From the IMG/VR virus record IMGVR_UViG_3300029258_005835, positions 1 to 54,316 of that record: DNA of 54,316 nucleotides; one strand, written 5' to 3'. The notes under the pieces were generated by a model. It ran no database searches, had not been told where the DNA came from, and saw nothing but the letters and a program-made list of their open reading frames with translations. The DNA comes from a virus (lineage: Duplodnaviria > Caudoviricetes). The translations under genes were made by a program, and so were the position numbers. Positions 43,848 through 53,202 of the stretch are shown here, piece by piece (the first letter of the stretch is position 1; every line of letters begins with the position of its first letter).

Positions 43848-44260
43848 CGGAGAAAGTAGAGAGTCAACAGAGCAGGCCGTTGACGGGGACCGATATCCGA
43901 GTGCTGGCGAAGGGGTACTGGGGACGCTACTTCTCGTGGCGGTTATACCCGAGAGTCAAGTGGCTGATGGTCGGAGGAGCCGCTGTGTTCGCTCTGCTCC
44001 TTGTCCTAGTGTTGGTAGCCAGTGCCGCAGATATAACCTCGGCAGGATACCGCGTTCTCTTGATACTACTTGCGGCAGTCGGTGTCGGTTGTGTCGTCGG
44101 CGCGTTCGGTGTTTACCTCATGGACAGAGATCACTACGTGGACCGTTGCGTCGATAAGTGGGAGCACGGCGACCCGACCTTACCGGACGAGGAGTCGGTC
44201 GTGCAATTCGCCAACGGGATGAAGAAAGCGGCAGGAGGCGACGATGGCTTACCTGTTTGA
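43844..44260 (+). CDS. Two-TM membrane protein
   Basis: Two hydrophobic helices. Confidence 0.7.
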   Translation: MTEKVESQQSRPLTGTDIRVLAKGYWGRYFSWRLYPRVKWLMVGGAAVFALLLVLVLVASAADITSAGYRVLLILLAAVGVGCVVGAFGVYLMDRDHYVDRCVDKWEHGDPTLPDEESVVQFANGMKKAAGGDDGLPV

Positions 44261-44528
44261 CCGGATGCGGAGAGGAAGCAAGGCGATACCGGCTAATGCT
44301 ACGTTCCGGCTCACGGAGTCGGGGCGCGACAAGCTACAGGAGTTCTCCGGCGATCCCCAGAGCAGGATACTGGTCGCTCTGGAGACGCGGGGGTCCACCA
44401 ATATCAGTGAGATCGCACAGGCGAGTGGCTTGAGCCGCGGGCAAGTAGAGAGGCTCGTGCCGACCATGGTGCGTGGGGGGTACGTGGTGTACATAAGCGC
44501 GGCTATGGGCGGCGGGGACGATATCTAG
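44244..44528 (+). CDS. Winged-helix DNA-binding protein
   Basis: RILVALETRGSTNISEIAQASGLSRGQVERLVPTMVRGGYV. Confidence 0.8.
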   Translation: MAYLFDRMRRGSKAIPANATFRLTESGRDKLQEFSGDPQSRILVALETRGSTNISEIAQASGLSRGQVERLVPTMVRGGYVVYISAAMGGGDDI

Positions 44529-44644
44529 CAATGGAGTACGATGCGCGGACTGCTGGGCTACAGGGTTAGTTGGTTCCGGCTGGCCTGGTGCGCCTTCTGG
44601 CTGTCTTTGCCGGCAGCCATTTTTGTAGTTGCGCAGAGGGTAGT

Positions 44645-47600
44645 ATGACTCAAGCAGAGCACAACGCACGAGAGCAAGAGGCACGGCACAAACTAGGTAT
44701 CCTTGGCCGTATTATCCTCGCTCTCGTTGTTTTTGTTGTCACTCTTCCTATCTCTATCTCGCTCGAAACGCATGTTATCCCCTATTTGCCGTGGTTGGGG
44801 AGTGGAGAGCAGAATGTCGCTCGTGCAGAACCCGACGTATCTGATTTCACGTACTCGCATATCGTCACGGTCAAGAACAACTCAGGAGCAGCAGTCACAA
44901 ATCCCATACTGCGAATCCCTGTAATCCCCTACGAGGCTATTGATGTATCGACGTGGACAGTCACACTCGCTGATTCTAATTCTCATACCTACAACACCTG
45001 TATCCCTATCCGTGTGGCAGAGATGGCGAATGAGACCCTGACGAATCATGAAGTCAAGGTCGGGCCAATTGATACTGAGTGGCTCATAAATAACAGTTGG
45101 GCCTCGGCAGATGGGAATGAGTGCGTTTTTGCTACAACCAATGATAGCACGATAGCTGCCTCAGACCTGATGCGCTGGTATTGGGACGGGCAATCCGATG
45201 GCCCTTATGGATGGGATGAGCCTGATACCTACTTCTGGGTTGAAGGCAACCTGACTGCATGGGGTAATGACACATGGTACATGCTGATTGACCCTGACCT
45301 TGGCTCCATCGTACCAGGAGCAGGGACGACGAAGTGCACAAGTGGCATTTTTGATTTCCACGACCCTATGGACGATGGGGATAACTGGGATACAGACGAT
45401 GGCTCCGAGTCATACGCTGCGGGTATCTGCACAATCAGGGATGGCACAGACCCGGAGCAGATTACCTCCAAATCAACCTTTGGTGAAGATCATGGGCTAC
45501 GAGCCAGGGTCAATGTCCCAAATGCAGACGGGAATGATATTCTTGAGGGTTCACAATTCGGGTTCTCGAATGATGGTCGCACTCTTGATCTTGCTTTTAT
45601 CAACCTGCAATTCGCTAATTATGACGAGGCCATAGAGTGTGACGACGCGGCTGTTACCGTGGAAGACGACCAATACCCCTATGTAGAGGGCTCCTATGCG
45701 GTCTATGACATCCAGCGGCGCGACGACCATAGTGCAGATAACAGATCGGTATGGGGCCAATTCCACTGCAATAATGTTCAATTGACCGACGCGCCAATAT
45801 GGACAAATGTACCCGACGACGCCCTTGAAGTCCTATTCTGGTCAGACGATGAGAATTTACTTATTGATTGGGTGTTTGTCTACGACTATGTTTCGCCCGA
45901 GCCGATAGTCAATATTCCCTTCATACACCACGACCCTGATACCGTCTTCCTGGCCGAAAGGTGCGAGCACTGGCCCTACGATATAGAGTTCACCAAGACG
46001 GGGAACACCTCTGAACTCTACAATCATGCTGACCGGACAACGCTCTCCTCGGAGTACGCGACTGAGTTCTATGTTGAGTACATCGGCACGATCAATAACG
46101 GGGCTTCAGCCAACGTAACCATTCACTACGGCAACGCTGCCCAGTCGAGTGCATCAGCCTATCGGGATGCCTCCAAAGTCTTCGACGGCACAGGCGCGTT
46201 CTGGGATGACTTTGAAGGCGTCATACTATGGGCCAATACATCAGGGACGTGGGGGCTGTCAGACCAGCAGAGAGCAGAGGTTTTCGACTATCACCTGATG
46301 AACCAGGACGATGACTTATCATCTATCTGGGCGGGTAGCCCTACATGGACTTATGACGGAGATGAGTGGATGCTGCCGTTCGTAGGCTCGTGGGCGGGGA
46401 CAACCAGTAACAATCAAGGGGACCCCCAGTGGATGATACCGTGGGAGAATGTCCTATATAAGAAAATTGGGAGCCAGTGGTATAGGTGGGGATATGTTCT
46501 GACAGGCGAATATGACGAGTTCAACCATGCGTCTTCGCTGGGTAGGTTTGCATGGTATGGCGACGACTCACACATGGGCAACTCTAGTTGGCTTTACTTC
46601 CTCCTTGGGGTTACTACTGTCGAAGATGGAGATGGTGCCTCATTCCTTTTCTATTCAGAGGACGGTGGTAAACACTGGAAAGTCCTGAACGGAGGTGCGC
46701 CCTACGTTGATCTCACCTGTACTGATGCTGTTGATGTGCGGGGCCGTTTTGCCAGCTTGGTCTACGACAATGGCTATTGGTTCCAAGGCTACACAAATGC
46801 TGTGGATAGTTGGGACCCGAGTTATCTCTATGCAAACGATACGGCTTTTGAGGATATGCTGTACGACCGAGGCACGATCGTTCCCGCTGACGTATGGACA
46901 GACGGAGGGGAGATAATAAACACAGGCGTGGGTGAGGGGATAGAGGAGTTTTACTGGTATCAAAAAGCAGGCGGGAACTGGACACTCCAAGCCGAAGTGA
47001 TAATAGATGACGATTTGGTTTATTCAGATTGTGATGGCGATGACTTTGGAATAACCATGGACTCAACCGACTGGTCGGCGCTGGCAAATATGAAAGACCA
47101 TGACGACATCTATCAATGGTCTGCCGTTGACAGAAATACCCCCCACTCCGTTGTAGGTGGGGATAGCCCCAATATGGTCTTTGGTGGGGCGCAGTCACCT
47201 ATGGAAAGGACCACACAGCTTGCCTTTGCACACAGTAGCAGTTTTGCTGGCGATGATTGGACTCTCCAGAACATTGACAAGGAACGATGTCAGGCTGCCG
47301 ATGCAGCAGCGTGGCAAACTTCAACTGTCACAGGAGGGAACTACTCAGCAGGGGAGATCATTGCTGAGTGCACAGTCCACACAACTGGCGGAGATGGCTA
47401 CGCAGGCATCGTGTGGCGCTACGAGGACGACGATAATTTCTGCGCGTGGGTTGTGAATTCCATAAACGACACGATGTCTTATGGTATTCAGTCAGGCGGT
47501 GTCTGGAGTGGGTTGACCAGCTATGACCCCGGCGAGGAGATATGGCTTGGCGAGAACTACCGCCTCGCAGTGGAGTTTGATGGGGCCACAACGACGCTCA

Positions 47601-50600
47601 AATACTCAAAGATCGGCTGGGAGTGGACAACAGCGTACAGTGACATTGACCTATCAGATGGCAACGTGGCGAACTATGGCAGCGCGGGAACGATCACCTA
47701 TGGCACGTATGGCCTGTTTGACGACTTCCGCATATCACCGAATGCGCTTGGTGATTTGGAGATCACCGACCAGGGAATGCTCACCGTCACGACTGAGGCA
47801 GCGACAGGAGTAGGTACAACATCGGCCACCCTCGTTGGCAACATCACAGCAGGGACAGCGGCAGCGATAGGCTTCGCGTGGGGTACAGCCTCATGCGGTG
47901 ATCCCGGCGATACAGCACCGGGAGATTCGTCCTACAACCTTGATAGCCGGACCAACGTAGATGAGTGTGCCACAGGGCAATACACCCACGGTGCAACTGG
48001 GTTACCACAAGGATCAACAATCTACTACCGCTTCGCTGCACAGTCAGAGGCGTTCCCCGGCACATGGTACTGGGGAGATGAGGAATCGTTCAGCACTGCT
48101 GGAACACCAACCTGTGTAACGGACACCGCGACAAATGTAGACGAGACATCGGCTACCTTGCGAGGAAACATCACCGCAGATGAGACAGTTGCCGAGATGC
48201 AAGCGCTCGGCTACACCGTCGTCAGCACCGGCCCCAGTAATTATGGTGTTGGTGATTACTCCGACGCAATCAGTGGACTCAACGAGGGCACCTGTTATTA
48301 TGCCAGATTTGGTGCCAACAATACGGTCGGCTTTGGTTGGGGCAGTGAAGTTACTCTTGTCACATTGCCCCGTCCACCAAACACCTGCACCGTTTCGAGC
48401 TATGACGAAGACTCAATCTCTCTGACGTGGAATGCTGGTAACGGCTCAGGCGATACCGTTATCCGCTATGGAACATCATGCCCAGCCAATTATACAGACG
48501 GTTCCAGCGGCTATGTCGGCAACGGAACATCCTGCACTATCAGCGGTCTCTCGGAAGGGACTCAATACTGCTTCCGAGAGTGGAGCAACACTACATCTTG
48601 TAGCGAGACGGTATGGTCGAGCACCTACTGCGAAATCACGCAGTATACTTTGCCGGGGAATATCACCAATCTCGATGCCGATAATCCAAGTGCGACGACG
48701 ATTGACTTAGAGTGGACTGTTGGCAGCGGAGCCAATAGCACTGTTGTGCGTGGAAAGCAGGGTTCATACCCTACCGATAGAACCGATGGTGTTGAAGTCT
48801 ACAATAGCACCGGGAACTCGACAACCCACACCGGGCTTGGCTGCGGAGAGTCATGGTACTACCGCGCGTGGTCGTATGATGCCGAGTCAGGATACTACAG
48901 CGCCGGATACAGCGAGGATGCCAACGCGACTTCAGCCTGCAACGCTCCTGCCGTTGTCACGACTTCTGCGACGTCAGTCAATGTAACCTCAGCGACGCTG
49001 AACGGGAATATCACCGACACCGGGAACAGCGACGTCACGAACTACGCATTCGTGTGGGGGAACTCGTCGCAAGCCGCACCTGTGGGAGCGCCGCCGGGAA
49101 ACTATGATGATTCGTGGACCTCCGACGCTGGTAACTATACCGTCGGTGACTACAACCATGGGGCACCGGGACTCAACGAGGGTGACTGCTATCATTTCAG
49201 GATTGGCGCCAACAACTCCGGCGGCTGGACGTGGGGCGACGAACTCACGTTCGTGACGCTGCCGTACCCGCCACACACTTGCTCGGCTACTCTCGCTGAC
49301 CTCACCGACACCTTCATGCCGTTCACGTGGGTCAAAGGATCAGGAGCCAACGAAACCGTGTGGCGATATGATACCGTAGCCAACGGCTGCCCAGCCAACG
49401 TCACTGATGGACTGGATGCTGGGACGTACAGCGGGACGAGCGGGAACATCAGCGGCTTGGCTCCGTCTACCGAGTACTGCGTGTGGGGACAGTGCAACAC
49501 TACTGCCTGCAACGAGACGGTGTGGAGCGACGGGCATTGCGACTTCAACCAGTATACACGCCCGGGGAACTGCACCAATTTCGACGCAGACAACCCGTCC
49601 GATACCACGCTTGACATCGAGTGGACAGTAGGGTTGGGATCGGACTACACGATGGTCAGGTATCGCACCGACACCTACCCGACGGACGAGGCGGACGGGA
49701 CGCAAGCGTACTACGACACGGGGAACTCGACGACGCTGACGTTGGACTGTAATACGACCTACTATTTCCGCGCGTGGGCGTACTATACCGTGTCAGGGTT
49801 ATACGCGGCTGGCTACTGCCAAGATGGGAATGCAACACTGACCTGCCAGAACTGCACGGTCGTCACCAATCCCGCGACCGACGTCGAGGAAACGAGCGCG
49901 ACGCTCAACGGCAATCTCACCGATGTCGGCTCGGGGAACGCTACCGACTGGGGATTCGTATGGTCCACGTCGAGCCATGGCGCGCCCGGTAACGTCGCTC
50001 CCGGTGCGTCAGGGTACGAGCAGTCCAGCATTGCCAGCGGCAACCATGGAGTCGGGACGTTCAGCGGCGCTACTGGTGATGTTCTGAGTGAAGGGGACTG
50101 CTACTACTTCAGGGCGTGGGCGAACAACACTGGGGGGTACTCGTACGGCGAGGAGAGACAGCTGTTCACGAAACCGGACGAACCGAGCGGGTGCTCCGCG
50201 ACCGACCACACCTATGACTCAGTGACGCTCTCGTGGACGAACGGGGACGGGTACGGGAACGTCACGGTGCGGTATGACACGACGTTGAACGGGTGCCCTG
50301 CCGACGAGACGGACGGGTCTCTGGGGTACTGGGGGACGGCGGCGACGACTACGGTGAGTGGGCTAGACCCGAACACGGAGTACTGCTTCCGCATCTGGAG
50401 CCATGCGGACGGATGCAACAGCACGAGCTGGTACTCCGACCTGTACTGCGAAGTCACGGAGTACACGTCACCGGGGAATGTCACTAACTGCGATGCACAC
50501 GGCCCGACGTACACCACCATCGACCTTGACTGGACGGTGGGCAACAACAGCGACATGACCCTCGTGCTGGGACGGAATGACGGGTCGTACCCCACGGGAC

Positions 50601-51856
50601 CGACAGACGGGGCAGCGACTACCGTGTACTACGGTGCGGGGAACACGACGACGCACACCGACCTGACGTGTGGTGACACGTGGCACTATGGGTTCTACGG
50701 ATACGCTGTCAATAGTGGCTATTACTCGGACGACCCGTGCCAAGATACGGAGACGGTGGTGGCGTGCATCGCTCCGACCGTGCTCAATGTGAGCGGGAAC
50801 TATACGTCCTGCTCGACTGCCAGCATTGTCGGCAATGTTACCGGACTCGGGGGCACCAACGTCGTCCGGCGCGGCGTCACGTACGACACGATTTGCAGGG
50901 CTGATCCGGGGAACGGGACGGCTCCAGCGGCGAGTGCGTGGACGTGGAACGAGATGGCGACAGGAGACTGGGGCGTCGGTACGTACACTACGTCCCTGAC
51001 TGGACTGACAGAGAGTACGACCTACTACTGGATGGCTGTTGTTTATAACGGGTTCTACTGGGACTACTCGGGGGTATGCGGCAACTTCACGACTCCGGCG
51101 TGCCCTGAGTGTGTTGAGCCGGGGAACCTGACGGCCACGGCGATCAACGATACCAAGATCGAGCTGGAGTGGTCGGGCGACACGATCAACAACAGCATCA
51201 TACGGATGGGGCTGGACGAGGCGCCCAGTGGGCCTACTCAGGGTAATCCGGTGTTCGATGACGTCGGCAATTCGACAGCTTACTACTACGATATGGACTG
51301 CTGCTTCGATGGTGATATCTACTTCTCACTCTGGACGGACTGTGGAAACGGGACGTACAAGGGGCCATCGACAGCTTCAGTCACAGGAGGTGCGGGAGTG
51401 ACTGCAATAGGGATAGGGCTGAACAGCCTCGGTATGATTCTGCTAGCGGTGCTGCTGACCGTCGCGATGTTCCATACACGGAACAAGCTGCTCGGATTCC
51501 CGTGCCTAATCTTCTGGGCGATCCTCGGCGGGTACTTCTACCAGCAGTCGGAGGCCACGTGGGATATCAACTACCTGCTCTTTTTCGCCTCGATGGGCAT
51601 GGCGATCTTCACAGGGTACGCGGCGTACGCGCTGCGGAAGTCTGACCTGTCCGGCCCGAATGCGGACGAGGGTGCGTTCATCGACGAGGGCGGAGGTAGT
51701 GGTGGTAAGCGGTACGTGGAGGACAAAGAGTCGGATGAGTACATTGACGAGGGAGAATCGAAGCCGAGTGCACGCACGAGAGACCTGCGGGCGCGTGCTG
51801 CACGGAGGCGGTCGGGGAACGTGAGCAGGAAGCCGTCGTGGGACGAGTTCAAGTAG
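44645..51856 (+). CDS. Giant membrane-anchored surface or adhesin protein (DUF2341-like, ConA-like, propeller, Cys-rich FN3 stalk, C-terminal TMs)
   Basis: About 2400 aa; N-terminal TM/signal; repeated SATLxGNIT, SGLxxxTxYC and GSYPT..TDG units; three C-terminal TMs. Confidence 0.88.
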   Translation: MTQAEHNAREQEARHKLGILGRIILALVVFVVTLPISISLETHVIPYLPWLGSGEQNVARAEPDVSDFTYSHIVTVKNNSGAAVTNPILRIPVIPYEAIDVSTWTVTLADSNSHTYNTCIPIRVAEMANETLTNHEVKVGPIDTEWLINNSWASADGNECVFATTNDSTIAASDLMRWYWDGQSDGPYGWDEPDTYFWVEGNLTAWGNDTWYMLIDPDLGSIVPGAGTTKCTSGIFDFHDPMDDGDNWDTDDGSESYAAGICTIRDGTDPEQITSKSTFGEDHGLRARVNVPNADGNDILEGSQFGFSNDGRTLDLAFINLQFANYDEAIECDDAAVTVEDDQYPYVEGSYAVYDIQRRDDHSADNRSVWGQFHCNNVQLTDAPIWTNVPDDALEVLFWSDDENLLIDWVFVYDYVSPEPIVNIPFIHHDPDTVFLAERCEHWPYDIEFTKTGNTSELYNHADRTTLSSEYATEFYVEYIGTINNGASANVTIHYGNAAQSSASAYRDASKVFDGTGAFWDDFEGVILWANTSGTWGLSDQQRAEVFDYHLMNQDDDLSSIWAGSPTWTYDGDEWMLPFVGSWAGTTSNNQGDPQWMIPWENVLYKKIGSQWYRWGYVLTGEYDEFNHASSLGRFAWYGDDSHMGNSSWLYFLLGVTTVEDGDGASFLFYSEDGGKHWKVLNGGAPYVDLTCTDAVDVRGRFASLVYDNGYWFQGYTNAVDSWDPSYLYANDTAFEDMLYDRGTIVPADVWTDGGEIINTGVGEGIEEFYWYQKAGGNWTLQAEVIIDDDLVYSDCDGDDFGITMDSTDWSALANMKDHDDIYQWSAVDRNTPHSVVGGDSPNMVFGGAQSPMERTTQLAFAHSSSFAGDDWTLQNIDKERCQAADAAAWQTSTVTGGNYSAGEIIAECTVHTTGGDGYAGIVWRYEDDDNFCAWVVNSINDTMSYGIQSGGVWSGLTSYDPGEEIWLGENYRLAVEFDGATTTLKYSKIGWEWTTAYSDIDLSDGNVANYGSAGTITYGTYGLFDDFRISPNALGDLEITDQGMLTVTTEAATGVGTTSATLVGNITAGTAAAIGFAWGTASCGDPGDTAPGDSSYNLDSRTNVDECATGQYTHGATGLPQGSTIYYRFAAQSEAFPGTWYWGDEESFSTAGTPTCVTDTATNVDETSATLRGNITADETVAEMQALGYTVVSTGPSNYGVGDYSDAISGLNEGTCYYARFGANNTVGFGWGSEVTLVTLPRPPNTCTVSSYDEDSISLTWNAGNGSGDTVIRYGTSCPANYTDGSSGYVGNGTSCTISGLSEGTQYCFREWSNTTSCSETVWSSTYCEITQYTLPGNITNLDADNPSATTIDLEWTVGSGANSTVVRGKQGSYPTDRTDGVEVYNSTGNSTTHTGLGCGESWYYRAWSYDAESGYYSAGYSEDANATSACNAPAVVTTSATSVNVTSATLNGNITDTGNSDVTNYAFVWGNSSQAAPVGAPPGNYDDSWTSDAGNYTVGDYNHGAPGLNEGDCYHFRIGANNSGGWTWGDELTFVTLPYPPHTCSATLADLTDTFMPFTWVKGSGANETVWRYDTVANGCPANVTDGLDAGTYSGTSGNISGLAPSTEYCVWGQCNTTACNETVWSDGHCDFNQYTRPGNCTNFDADNPSDTTLDIEWTVGLGSDYTMVRYRTDTYPTDEADGTQAYYDTGNSTTLTLDCNTTYYFRAWAYYTVSGLYAAGYCQDGNATLTCQNCTVVTNPATDVEETSATLNGNLTDVGSGNATDWGFVWSTSSHGAPGNVAPGASGYEQSSIASGNHGVGTFSGATGDVLSEGDCYYFRAWANNTGGYSYGEERQLFTKPDEPSGCSATDHTYDSVTLSWTNGDGYGNVTVRYDTTLNGCPADETDGSLGYWGTAATTTVSGLDPNTEYCFRIWSHADGCNSTSWYSDLYCEVTEYTSPGNVTNCDAHGPTYTTIDLDWTVGNNSDMTLVLGRNDGSYPTGPTDGAATTVYYGAGNTTTHTDLTCGDTWHYGFYGYAVNSGYYSDDPCQDTETVVACIAPTVLNVSGNYTSCSTASIVGNVTGLGGTNVVRRGVTYDTICRADPGNGTAPAASAWTWNEMATGDWGVGTYTTSLTGLTESTTYYWMAVVYNGFYWDYSGVCGNFTTPACPECVEPGNLTATAINDTKIELEWSGDTINNSIIRMGLDEAPSGPTQGNPVFDDVGNSTAYYYDMDCCFDGDIYFSLWTDCGNGTYKGPSTASVTGGAGVTAIGIGLNSLGMILLAVLLTVAMFHTRNKLLGFPCLIFWAILGGYFYQQSEATWDINYLLFFASMGMAIFTGYAAYALRKSDLSGPNADEGAFIDEGGGSGGKRYVEDKESDEYIDEGESKPSARTRDLRARAARRRSGNVSRKPSWDEFK

Positions 51857-51875
51857 CGGGGGAGGTGCGAGCAGA

Positions 51876-52157
51876 ATGAGCACGGGTGTTCTGGTACTGA
51901 TCGGGTATTTCCTCTGTGGGGCTGCTGCACTGGCCTTGTTTGACTTGGCGACCAAGCGGCTGCGGACGAACTGGGACAAGTCCGTCGTGGAGACGCTGTC
52001 ACGGATGTCGGAGGCCAATGTCGGACTAAGCGTTCGAGCGTGTGCCATGCTGTTCGGTGCTGTGCTGTGGTTATTTTGGCCTGTGGTGCTGTACGGCGCA
52101 CTTCGGGATGCCGTCGGCGACATTATCAACAGGGGAAGGGGGATCGGAAGTGGGTAG
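51876..52157 (+). CDS. Small membrane protein
   Basis: Two hydrophobic helices with LFWP; similar pattern to 20664..20900. Confidence 0.65.
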   Translation: MSTGVLVLIGYFLCGAAALALFDLATKRLRTNWDKSVVETLSRMSEANVGLSVRACAMLFGAVLWLFWPVVLYGALRDAVGDIINRGRGIGSG

Positions 52158-52602
52158 GTTGAAGAGGCTGCGAAGGGAACGGGTGGCCGCAGGACTGGAG
52201 GAGCCGATGCGGGAGAAGGTGGCCAAGGTCGCGGGTAGTCGCGTTGGGCGGAAAGCACTGGGAATGGTCAGCCGCAAGGGAGTGGTGGACCAGTTGACTA
52301 GCGGTACTACTGAGGAGGTAGTCAGGAACGCGGACGAACTGGTCACGACGGGCACGGTCGGTGATCGCGCAATGAAGGACGCGATCATGAAGAAGGCTCC
52401 CCGTGAGATGGACAAGGGGATCAGGAAGTTCCAGAAGGGAGGGAAGGAGATCACGGTGGACGCTCTGTGCCACGAGGTGAAGACCACACCGGGATTTCTG
52501 GAGATGTGCGAGAGGGTCGGGTTGCCCTTGGAGTGGTTCGAGAATCTGGCGCGAGAGCGGATGGCCGCGAAGGGGATAGAGGAGCAGCAACAGGAGGGGT
52601 GA
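52150..52602 (+). CDS. Hypothetical protein
   Basis: GTG start after a GGGG RBS. Confidence 0.65.
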   Translation: MGRLKRLRRERVAAGLEEPMREKVAKVAGSRVGRKALGMVSRKGVVDQLTSGTTEEVVRNADELVTTGTVGDRAMKDAIMKKAPREMDKGIRKFQKGGKEITVDALCHEVKTTPGFLEMCERVGLPLEWFENLARERMAAKGIEEQQQEG

Positions 52603-53202
52603 GTGATGAAAGCCGAGTACAAGGGGGACATACTGTCGGTGCGAGCAGTCGAGGATTGCATTCGTGCAACGCGGAAGTACACGAAGGGTGTGTTTTCCCG
52701 CAAGGTCAAGCACCCGATACAGGGTGAGGACTTCCCGAGCAGGTTGCTGACGGAATACTACGAGGTGTACCCAGACACGGAAGTGAGTTGGGATATGCCT
52801 GCGGCGAAAGCGTGGGCGTGGGTCTGGGGAGACGTCACGCGCATCGACGTGCGGTTCTCGTATGACTATCGCGAGGACAAAGCACGAGTAGTCGTGTACG
52901 GTGGCGAGGAAGCTGTGCGCGAGTTGGCGTCTGGGATACCGGGGTTCGCAACTGCGTTGGTCGCGGTGGGAGCACAAGCTCCCGTTGTCGCTGCTCCGGC
53001 TGCGGATATATCTACGGTAGGCGAGGTGGAAGGGGATGGACGACCTGTCAGCGGATCGCGGAAACGCACCAGAGCCACCGGATCAGGAGCAGGTGCACGG
53101 TCAGGAGCAAACACAGGCGGCAGGAGACGGACCCAGAAAGGCCAGCCGGTGGTGGATAGCCCTGATCGGGTCGGGGCTAGCGCTGTCTCCTATCCACAAT
53201 AG
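52603..53202 (+). CDS. Hypothetical protein
   Basis: GGAGG RBS; low-complexity C-terminus overlaps the next gene. Confidence 0.6.
   Translation: MMKAEYKGDILSVRAVEDCIRATRKYTKGVFSRKVKHPIQGEDFPSRLLTEYYEVYPDTEVSWDMPAAKAWAWVWGDVTRIDVRFSYDYREDKARVVVYGGEEAVRELASGIPGFATALVAVGAQAPVVAAPAADISTVGEVEGDGRPVSGSRKRTRATGSGAGARSGANTGGRRRTQKGQPVVDSPDRVGASAVSYPQ

Noticed and set aside
44645-51856. Diversity-generating retroelement target
   Set aside because: No reverse transcriptase and no template/variable repeat pair with adenine-specific differences seen
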